DNA from: a virus
IMG/VR virus record: IMGVR_UViG_3300021079_000001
Location: 32,001-96,000 of that record
Length of the DNA stretch: 64,000 nt
Reading direction: 5' to 3' (one strand)
Shown here: piece by piece, positions 11,401 to 23,400 of the stretch
Layout: the number at the start of each line of letters is the position of its first letter
Position numbering within the stretch: position 1 is the stretch's first letter
Program-made: the position numbers and the translations under genes
The notes under the pieces: generated by a model
The model's input: only the letters and a program-made list of their open reading frames with translations
Told to the model about the DNA's origin: nothing
Database searches by the model: none

Positions 11401-14400
11401 GGTATATGAGAAATTATAAGAAAGGTGTGACTTTTCAATTTCAACATAATAACGACCTTGCTCGAAAAGAGGGATTTATTAAATACAACCCAGAAACCAA
11501 AGGGTTGGAGTTTGAGTATATAGGACCGGATGGAAAACCATTACGGAGACCTATAGATGCTAAAGATTTTAAACCAACACTAGATAAGGATGGTAATGTT
11601 CTGCATGAAGCCAGGATAAAATCTACAGGATTCAGTGTTCAGGAAATCCTCAGTAAGGAAGAGTATGAGAAAATGAAAAAGGATCAGGAAAGAAATGATC
11701 CTAATGGTCAGAAACGTGCACAGGCATTACTTACAATAGTCGGTGATCAATGGAGAGAAGCTGATAACAAATTAAGAGAAATCAATGAGAATATAGCAGA
11801 GCATGAAGAGTACTTAAAGTTAGAGAAAGAATATCTGGATAAATGGCAAGAAAGCATTAAGGGTGAGAAAACTTCCTCAAAGAAAATACAGACTGTACTA
11901 GGAAAGATTAGAGTAGCTAATGAAGAATACGATAAACTACAGGAGCATCTGGAGTCTATGTATGAACAGCGTGATGATCTTAAAGGCCAGTTAGAGTACT
12001 TGCAAGGAACATTGCGTGATATAGAAGATCTCGGTCTTGGTAAAGAAGTAATGGATAAGATACAAGAGTCTCAGGATAGTATGAAAGAGATGATTGGCCA
12101 TAATGAACTTGCCACAACTGCTTTAGAAACTGCTGTAGGAAAACTAAAGGATTTTATAAGTAAGTTATATAGTACAATTGCTAATAAAATAAAGAGGTTT
12201 ACTCGTGAATATATTAATGCTCCTGATAATGCCACTAGAGAACTGAGGGCTATTATGGTAGCATCTAAAGAAGCTATTGAAGAACAATCATATGAGCAAG
12301 GTGGCAGAAGAGAAGAAGACAAAGCTCTTCAGATGATTGACTGGTTTGAAAAATATCCAGATTATTTTAAAGACCGGGAAGAAATAGAAGGTGAAAGTTC
12401 TAAAGTAGATCTAACTGAACAGGAAATAAAAGACCTGCAGGATAAAATAGCTGAAGTACAAGCAGAGACTAAAAACTTCAGATCTCAGTTGAAAGCAAGT
12501 GAGAAACTGTTAAGTACTCTTAAAGAAAAGTGGGATGCTTGGATGAAAGAAGATGAAGTCAACAAGTTATTCAAAAGAGCATCAACCAGTGGTAATGTAG
12601 CTAATTCTATAGATTCTTTTCAATCCAGAATGAATGCTGGTATACAAGGTTCTGTAGAAGGTACCACCCAGGAACTACAAGAACAAAAGCATCCAGAGGT
12701 TACTGTATTCCAGACTAAACCCTCTGTAGAAAATTATGCATCTACAGTAGTTATACATGAAGATAGTGCGTTTCCAGATAGCCCTTTATTTACTGGTTAT
12801 GTAGGAAATGAGAATGTGTATCACACACTTACTGTAGATGGAGAACAGATACCCTGGTGGAAAAGAGAAGCGTCTTTATTCAATAAAGTATCCCAAGGTC
12901 ATCAACCTGAAGGTACTACAGGCACTGTAAAGGCTGTTCCTATACATGTAGGAAACCAAGAAGCTAGTGGGTATACAGGCTTTTTACCTGACTCTTATGA
13001 GTATGCTGGAGAAACTATACAGAACTCAGATGCAAAGAGAGGTACATTAGCAGTACTGTATGTGTATGAAGATGCAAATGATAGTAATGTATATTGGACG
13101 GTAGACAAAGAAGGTAATAAATTACGTAAAGTAGATGAAGTACCTACAGATGAAACAGAAAAACAAGAGTATTATAATAACCTAACATACGGTATATTAA
13201 GAAGTGGTGAACTGGAAGGTATCACTGAGTCTGCTAAAGGAAGAGATGCCGGTAAGAAGTTTAATGATGTACCATCTGATCCTGCAGAAAAGGCTCGTCT
13301 TCAGTTAATAATAGATGACTTCCGTGAAGGGCTTATGAAGAGGGATAATATATGGCCAGTTCTTGATGGCAATTTATCCCAGGGAATATTGAAGATAAGT
13401 AAAGACCAGAACGGTAAGACTGTTATCAGAAATCATTCAGTAGCAGATGCTGGTGTAATAACTACTGAACAACTTAGCATTCCTGGTACACTAGAAGTAG
13501 CTGTCAACCCAGATGCTGTTAGCCCTAAGATGGGTATACTATCTACAGGTAGCAGAGGGTTCTTAGGTCGTACATACATTAATACAGCTACAGGTAGTTA
13601 CATGGTTAATACCCGTAGAATACAGCCACATGAAGCACCTAATCTATTCAAGTTAATACAGAAGGTTGCTAAAGGGATGTATGATGCTTTTAACAAGGCT
13701 GCAGGTGATACAGGAAAAGAAAAAACAGCATTAACCACATATACAAATTCTGCAGAGGCAAAAGAGATACAACAATTCTTAGGTGATATGTTGTACTATA
13801 AAGCTCCTGCCAAAGGTACTTCCGGAGAACGTGGTATGATATACTTTGGCCAACATGCTGAAGTAAATGAGAGTGGTAACCAGGTACTTGTAAGAGGATT
13901 ATATATACATGGAGTAGACGATAAGGTCAATTTCTATCCAATTGCTGATTTACTAACTAATGAAGATGCTCGTATAAGAATAGAAGCTCTTATAGGTGGT
14001 ATAGAAGATGGTCAGCCTGGGTTATTCCACAATGTTAATAATGTAACATTAAAGAACCCTCTGGAAGCATGGAACCATTTAACAGTTAATGAAGATGGCA
14101 CCTTGTCCAGAGAGAAGTGGTCTAACTATCAACATTATCTACTATCTGGAGAACGTCCAGATGGTACTAAAAGAAAGACAGGTATAGGTGGTGATATACC
14201 TGTATCTACAAATGCTATTAAACCACAGGGTATAGAGAGCCCTATAGTAGGTAGAATGTTTAAAGTTAGACATACTGATCCTGCACATGAGTATAAAGCA
14301 CCAGAAAAGAAAGCACCTGAAAAAGCACCAGTCTCAGCACCACCATTACCATCTTTATCTGGAGATGTAAAAGAGGAACCTATTAAGATACAAGTAGCAG

Positions 14401-17400
14401 GTAAAGATAAATATGTACGTATAGGAGGAGACCCACAGGAACTCATAATGGCAGATGTTGTCAAGGATGGTGAGGTTATACCTGGTTCTAAAGTAGATGT
14501 TAAGGTATACAGAGGTGCTGATAATAAAATAGTTGTAGAACCTATTGCTATAAATGGTGAACGTGTACCAGAAGATCTTATAGCAATAAAAGCTACAACT
14601 AATGTATGGCAAGACCGACTTAATGCTAATGATAAGGCACCTATTGCTAAACAACCTACTACATCTGCAGTTATTAAGATTGATATAGCTGGAGAACTTA
14701 CTGATGTAAAAGTACAAGATGCTGTACAGTTCTTTCCAACGAAAGATACTGTAAGAGATGGAGAGACTATAAAAGGTGTTTCAGTAGGAGTTAAAGTATC
14801 AAGAGGTGTTGATGGTAAGATAATAGTAGATCCTGTATCTATTGATGGTGAATCCGTTCCAGAAGATTTAGCAGCAATTAGAGCTACTACAAATGTATGG
14901 CAAAGCAGATTACAAGATAAAGATGCAACTGCTGTAACACCGACACCTGTCACTAGTACACCTGTATCAGATATAGATGCTAAAAAAGCTGAGATAGAAA
15001 AAAGAAAACAAGAAGAATTAGCTATAGTTCCTACAAATAATAATAAAGATGTTTCTACATTTGTTTCTGGATTTAGAAATACTTTTGATAAATTAATGGA
15101 TAAATTAAATATAGATAAAAGTGATAAAACAAGTAGAGCTAAGATTAATGAAGTTTTTAGAAGATATGGTTATGGAACTACAGATGAAATAGATGAGAAT
15201 AAAGCAAATCAACTATATAAAGATTATGCTAAAAAAATACATCCTGATAAATTTCAAGATGAAAATATTAAAAATATTGCAACTGAGTTTATATCACAAT
15301 TAAATGAAGCTAAAAAAGAAGGTAATGTAACAGCTTTAAATAATATTTATAGATTATTTATAGAAGAAAAATATAATGCAGAACTAGCAGCATTAGATAA
15401 AGAAGAAGCAGGTACTACGGAAGAAGCTAAGAGAGGTGATATAGAAAAGTATAAAAAGCTAAAGGTAGAACTTACAGGACAAGGTAAAACTTTTGAGATA
15501 GAAGTTATAGGGGATAAAAGACCATTTTTACTCACTGTAGATATAGGAACTGGAAGGTTTACTCTTTGGGGAGATAAACAACCTGACGGAACATATAGAA
15601 CTACACAAGATCTCCCCTCTGCTGAGGATGTACAAAAACTTGTAGATAAGTATATACCAAAGGAGTTATCAGATGCCCTGACAAAATGGAGTCAGGAGAG
15701 AAACTCTGGTTCTTTAGAAACAAGACTTGATAGAGCAGATGTAGCAGAACAAGAAGTACTGAAACTTACAAAAAAACCTATAACTACAAATAGCTATGTA
15801 CCACCATCTGCACCATTTCCTGATGCTAATCTGAGGACTATACAACCAGGTGAAGTAGCTGTACAAGATGCTGCTAAGAAAGAACAACTTGGGCAATTCC
15901 TAAAAAGAGCATTACCACAACTTACTCTTCAGGAAAGTGATGATATTATCAGATTAGCAGGTAGACCTGAAGCATGGGGAATGACTAAAGGTAACCTCAT
16001 TACACTTTATAAAAGTGCTCCTGAAGTAGCAGGATATCATGAATCATTCCATCCGGTTATAGATCTTCTTGCTACAAACAGAGAGAAGAAGGATATGTAT
16101 AATGAGTTTAGAAATAGGAAGGGTGGTTTCTATGATTTGGAAAGTAGTAAGATGATCAGATATAAAGATGCTACTGATTTCCAGATTAATGACCAACTAT
16201 CTGAAGAGTTTGGAAAATTCAAAGTCACTGGGCAGTTGATGGATGTAGCACCTATGAAGAAGAATTTCTTCCAGAGGCTGTGGAATGCATTGAAAGCATT
16301 ATTCCATACACCTACTACTATACATGATATATTCCAGGCAGTAGAAAAAGGAGAGTTTGCTACAAGAGAACTTAGAGAATATAAAGGGACAGAAAACTTA
16401 TCAGCTATCAGGAGTCTGCAGGAGAAGGGTATATCAATGCAGACTATTAATACTACAGTAAGAGGTGTAGTGGGAATGGTAGGTGCCAGACTTAGGACAG
16501 AACCGGGTATATGGCAAAAGCTAAGGAAGGGTGAAATGACTGAAGATGATCTACTTAATCCTATAAAGGAAGAGCTTATCCGTACCAATTGGCATGATGT
16601 AGTTACTAACTGGGAAGATTTCCGTAAAGAGATCATAACTGTACTACATGCTAATGGTCTAAAATCAACTAAGGGTAAATTAGTAAAGGATGGTATCAAA
16701 AGCTCTGAAGATATTAAAGAGACGAGAGGGGAAGATGCTAACAACAAAGATTATGCTGTAGATAAATTAATGCTGGATTCTAAAGTTAATGCTGCAGCCG
16801 AAATAAGAGCGTTATACAATTTTAATATACACGCACAGTTTCCTCAAGATAGAAGGCATTCAAAGAGTAATAAACCATTACAGGAATATAATCCTGATAT
16901 GGAGTTACCACCAGCTATAAGAGAAACTAATGGTATGCCAAAAATGGTAGGAGATAATAAAGACTGGTATCTCACCATGTCAGCATTAGCTAATACTACA
17001 GGTCTGGAGAATATTAAAAAGAAGTTCAGAGAATTAGCTGCACAGAACCCTAATTTGGTACGTATATACAAAGCTGTATTCGGAGAAGAAGGGGCTCAGA
17101 TGACCATTGATCAGATCAAGTTGCAGAACTTATTTATAAAGACATTCAACAAGCAGAATATCAATGATATGATGACTGTTATTGAAGAGAATGGGAATGT
17201 CTTTGGTAATAATATTAATAAAAATGCTGCTGCTAGACAGAAAATAGGAGAGTTCTTATCTAATATCAGGGGAATGTACAATCCTGCCAAACCAAGTGAA
17301 AGTATTGTAGCAATAGATCGGTATGGTAATTACACTTTCAAAAAAGGCAGTGAACCTAAGTTATCTATAACTACTAATGCAGCACAAAATGAACGTAATG

Positions 17401-20400
17401 CTCTGCAGTTTCTAAAGAATATAGGATTTGAATTTCCTGAAAGTATATTCAAACGGTTAAAGAACCAGTCAGATAAAGAGAAAGTAGTAGGAGTTGCCAG
17501 TAAGATAGCAGGATTACTTCCTAAAATCTCCACTAAAGGCGGTGTATTCACTATGGAGTCTATGGATATACAAGGTCCTATTAATGAACTAGCCCGATTA
17601 TATGTAAAAGCTGCAGGTGATGATAAGTCTACTAACTACAGTAACATTAACAGTGAGTCTCAAAGTGCTTATACGGATTACAATAAAATAGCTGAAGTAG
17701 CTATTACTATTAACCAAGTTGGACATTGGGATCAATTACCTGATCACTACAAGACTGACCCATGGTGTCAAGAGTCTCAGTTAATGTCTAAAGGTGGTTT
17801 ATTGTTTCATGAAGATGGTAAGAAAAGAGATAATATGGATATTGTCCCTACTATTACCAGTGGCTTAAAAGTGGGTAACCGGGTAGTGACCAATGACCGG
17901 ATGAATATGGGTACACGTTTAGTACAAGGTATCAATATGAATGCTGAAGGTGTATTCTACAATATACTAAATGCAGATGCTAAAACTGAGTGGGGTCTAA
18001 ATATAGGTAATGGTAAGATGTATATATCTCCATCTACATATAGGATAAAGGCCGATAGAAATAAAAAAGTTAGCAAAATATTCAATGGTTACTTAAAAGC
18101 AGAGATAGAGACTATTAAAGATTTTGATAACCGTAGTCAATTCTCACAACTGAATAAGAAAGTAGGAGATACTGTTATAGGTAAACAGTTACGGTTCTTT
18201 AAGGATATGCTCCCTGAAGATATGGTCAAGAAGATAGAAGACTATGCTAACAGTGATAGTCCTATATCTACTTCCCAATTTGTAGAGTCTTTACCTGGTC
18301 TACAGGATGCTATAGAAGCACATATAGAAAAGCTGGTAAAATCCCAAAAAGAAGAACTGATAAAAGAAGGTGTTATAACTAACCACGAAAGTGGTATGTA
18401 TAACTTCTATGGGCTATCTTCAGATCATGTAGATAAAGAACTGCAGCTAGGTAAGAAACAAACAGAGGATGGTGTTACTGAAAGATTGTATAGTTCTGAA
18501 AACATTGATGATATCATTAGATTCAGAACACTTAACTACATGATTCATAATACTGAATTATTTAAAATGGTAGGAGGAGATCCTGGTATATGGACAGATA
18601 TAGCTAAAAGGTTTAAGTTATTCCAATCTGTTAAAGAGTTTACAGCTAATGGTACTAATACCGGCAGTTTAAGAGGAGTACAGGCAGACCATTACAACAA
18701 GGTGGGTGAACATCAGTTATTACCCGGACAAGCTGGATACACAGACTTTTCTGATACTTTGTATATACTTACTTATGCTGATGAGAAGAACATGCAGTCC
18801 TACAACCATGAACAACTTAATAAAGTTGCCGGTAGTGAGGAATACTCTAGCATGATTATCAACGATGGTCAATCTTATTTATCTCCTACAGCATATAGAC
18901 AACAGGGTATACGTAATGGTACATGGGATAATATTCCAGGGCAAGAAGATGCCTATCAGTATGATATGGCCAAATTCAGGCAAGATGCTGATAAAAGGTA
19001 TAAAGCAGGAGAAAGTAAGTTTGAAGGATTTCAATATACAGATGATGCTGCAGGTAAGTCATTGAGAACTGCAGATGAAAAATTAGTACAGAAAGGTGAC
19101 CCCGATATATATGGTTCTACATATATCAAGAAACCTATGGCTATAGGCAACTACGCATTAACTGATAGATTAACACCATACGCCATTAAGACCTCTTCAT
19201 TGGGACTTACCTGGGGTCTTGTAGAAGGTAAAATGCTAGAAGATAAATTCCTTTATATGTTAAAGGAAAATATAGGACATATGGGTTCTATTTCACAGTT
19301 GAAAATAGGTGGTCTTGTAGATCCACCTAGCCTATATAACAAGGAAGGTAAGTTTGGATTAACAGAGATGGATGCAAAGGCCCACAGGATGCCAATATCA
19401 TGGAGTGACTGGGGTATTATATCTGAAACAGCTGGTGAACACCATGAAGTAAGTATGGTAAGTCAAGCTAATAAACTGATTACACAGACATTATTCAGCA
19501 ATTCTACACCAGTCACTTTTAAAGGTACACCTGAAGATTGGTCAAGATTACCTGAAAATAAAAAACTAGAGAATGAACAATATCGTCAATATAAAGAGAT
19601 TAATAGTTCATTAAGTGCTTTATCTAAGAAAGGTGAAGAGGAGATAATGCATATAGCCGGACTAGTACAAGTAGCTGGAGGTTATAAGGTAGAACAACTG
19701 GGTAATATTGTTACATATATATCAGGTGAAGTAGCCAGAAGAGAACAAGCTGCTAATATTAAAGACGGGTTAGATGTAGAATATGATGAGAATACCGAGA
19801 CTGAAAAACTATTGAATCCTATAGAGTCATTGCCCAACTTCTCTCAGGTAAAGAATATTATCAATTCTCTAATAGATAAAAAGATAACCAGAAGAAAAGT
19901 TAATGGTGGCCAGAAAATAATAGTATCTGTAGTAGGATTTGAAAATAACGAAGATGGTATACGTAGAGATAAAGATACAGGTAAACTTATAGCAGACAGA
20001 TTAACATTCCATGAGTTAGTAGAAAATGGTAAAAAGGTTACCAGGATGCAGGTATTTATGCCAAACTTTATGAAGGCTAAGTTAGAAAAGAACTGGGCTG
20101 AAAAAGGTATAACACCACCATCTAAGAAGGCATTATTTAAATATCTGAGTTCTAAAGAAGGTAATGAATTATTAGTAGGTCTCGGTTTTCGTATACCTGT
20201 AGAAGGATTGAACTTCATGTCATCTTTTGAAATAGTTCCATTCCGAGAAGAAAATATTATTAAAGGTATAGAAGGTGAAATGTTTATGCCTTCTTCATAC
20301 GGAGATGCTATAGTAGTACCTGCAGAAATGTCTACTAAGGATAGCTCTGACTTTGACGTGGATAAGATATCTACATATCTACCTAATTTTTATACAGATG

Positions 20401-23400
20401 AAAAAGGATTGCCACGAATGTTCAAGTTTATTGATTATGATATTGCAGGTGATCATGATAAAGAACTTACAGCAATATGGGAACAGAAAAAACAGCTGTT
20501 GCCTGATAATATAGAAGATGCTGATGACTTATTTGAACAAGTATCAGAAGGTGTATCCGGTAAGACTATCCGTGAGTTATCAAGAATGGAAAAAGAGTTA
20601 GCTAAAAAGATAAAAGCTCTTGACCAATCATTAGAAGATTTCTTAAAGGAAAATAGAGGTAAATCTCCATATGATGTTAATAGCAAAGAAGCTATAGAAA
20701 ACAAGTTACAAATGGATATGGATGGTGTTCTTAGGCATCCTGATAACTTTGATCAGCTGGTGCATGTGAACAGTGCAGAACAAATGAAGAAGGCTACTAA
20801 AGATATCCAGAAGCTGAAAGAGAGTCAATTGCCTGATGACAAAAAGACACAATCCAGGGATAAGGATGATATCAATTATTCTGAAGTACTAGATCCTGTA
20901 TATGTATCACAACAACGTCAGGATATGTTGGATAGTAAGTATAGGATAGGTATAGGTGCACAGAATAATACTGGTCACTCTTTAGCTCAAAGTGCCAAGT
21001 ATCCTATAGTAGTAAGAGGTACTAAGTTAACAGAAAAAGATGCCGAATTAATACCAGTAGGTGCAGATGGTAAATTAGACTGGCAAATACATCTTCCCCA
21101 TAATGATGCTACTAAATTATGGTATGATAGAAACAGTAATACATGGAAAGATGCTGTAGCTACCTTATCTGGTAATAAAGTTAACAATCAATATATAGCA
21201 GAGTTACTTGCACAGTATATAGATGGTGCTGTTGATGGTCCTAAAGATCCATGGTTAATGAAAGTCTTCCCTTCACAAGATGCATTATCTACAGCAGTAT
21301 TTCTTACTCGTACAGGTGTACCTATTAATGATGTAGTATTGCTGATACACCAACCTGCAGTTCTTAAACTAATAGAAGAGCGTAATAAATACCAGACTCG
21401 TAGAAACCTTGATCCTAATGCCAGAGTACCTAGAAAAGAGGTAGTGAATAATGTAAGGAGTTTATATCCAGGTAATTGGATGCCTGTATCTGGTAACTTA
21501 GATAGGAATATCATGAAAGAGCAAGTGGCTCTGAGTGGTGCTAATAAAAAAGTTGATAATGCTTTCCAACAACAAGTGTTGACAGAATACTTAAAGTATG
21601 AGATGTATGCCAACCATGCTTTTAGAACACAAATAGGAACACCATATGATCTTATAAGTTCTCCAGATGCAGCTACTATGTATGCACAAAATAGAGCGTA
21701 TGAAAACTCTTTACAAAACAATGTAATATCCTCACCTATTAATATAGTAGAAGATAGTTTTCTAGCTGCTAGAAAGAAAAGTCTTAATGAAGCAGTAAAA
21801 ATGATAGGTGCTGTTATGGAAAGTTCTTCAGAAGCATTTATAAAACAAATTGAACCAATATGGAAAGCTCTTACTCATCCTGATGTAATAATGAAAAATG
21901 ATGACAGGATTGCATCTATGAATAAAGCCATTGTAAAATTCGTAGATTTTTTATCAAGTAGGTACCACATGCCTACAGGTATACCGATTGCTGATGGTAT
22001 AAAACAACTCATGATGAGTAATGCTATACCCAAGTTATTGAAAGAGGCACAGCTAAAACATCCTGATAATAAAGCTATACAAGCACTTAGTGTAGATATA
22101 CCTATATTCTCCAGGGACATGAAGAATGTGGTTATGTTCAAAAAACCAAAAGGTGCTGATGCTGATATGCTTACACAATACTTCAGAGAGTTTAGAGATT
22201 TTGGTCCTGAAGAGAAAAAGTTGTACGATAACCTTGTAATACTGGATAGACTACAATATGGTGCTACTGATAGGTTGAAAGCGTATGGCAAGTTCATACC
22301 TGCTGAAGATGCAGTTATTGCTCCTAAAGCTGGAATGAAAATGCTCAATGACATACCTTCAGCTGTACAGACATTTATAGAGACTAACCAATTCTATAAG
22401 AACGGTTGGAATGATGAAGAACTTGTACCATCTGTTAAGAAGTTTAATAGAAGTAAGAATATAGAAGGGTTAAAAAACAGAGTAGTTACACTAAAGAAAG
22501 GGAGTTGGGGTTCTACATCAGCGGCAGTTAAGATATGGGAATATATCAATCCGGATACAGGTAGGAAATACACAGATAGAGAAGTTGAAGAACTAGCACT
22601 AAAAGGGTTTAAACCTAAAACTGTACCTGAATTATACCGTAGAATAGAAAATAGTGAAGGAGAGCCTGTGATAATTAAAGATGCTAAAGGTGTAGAGTAC
22701 TACTCCTATAAACAGATTAATGCACTAGGAGATGGGCCTAACTTACAGGAATATTATGAAGATAATAGACCATCTGTACGTGATATGCATTTTAAAATAG
22801 AAGAAGAGGATAATAATAAAGTAAGATCAGCATTAGAAAAAGATGGATGGCAGATGGAAGAACCTGTAAAGAAAGAAGTGTTAGATGCTATGAAATCTCA
22901 ACAACCTGTAGTACCTTCACAGCGTATAACTAGTAGTAGAGTGAAACCTAACGAAAAGGGTGAGTATAATATATATGCAGGTACTGGAGAGAATGTAACA
23001 CTCTCTAATATGACTAATAGACCATTCACTATAGGAGGGTCTGAGTACAAGTCGGTTGAACAGTACTTCCAACTACAAAAGTATCAGATAGCTGGAGTAA
23101 TAGAACCTATAAGTGAGCAATACTCAGCACAAGTATACAAGAAGATAGGAGAGATGGCAGATGCTATAGATAAACCGAATATATCAGGATATGAAGCTAA
23201 GAAGCTAGGAGGCATTAGAATACCCAACAGTAAGTTCGATGAAGTATTCTGGGATAAGGAGGGTAAACAAGCTATGAAGACAGCTATGAAAGAGTCATTC
23301 AAGCAGAATCCAGAGTCACTCAGAGATCTACTGGCTACCGGGGATGCTAAGTTGACTCATACACAGGATAAAGGGAAATGGGGTGCTGAATTCCCTAGAC

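Noticed and set aside
14135-14953. 272-aa antisense ORF, and other antisense ORFs such as 16130-16747, 21188-21721, 41806-42525 and 51732-52343
   Set aside because: Shadows of well-supported genes on the opposite strand; S/L/F/I-rich with no motifs.
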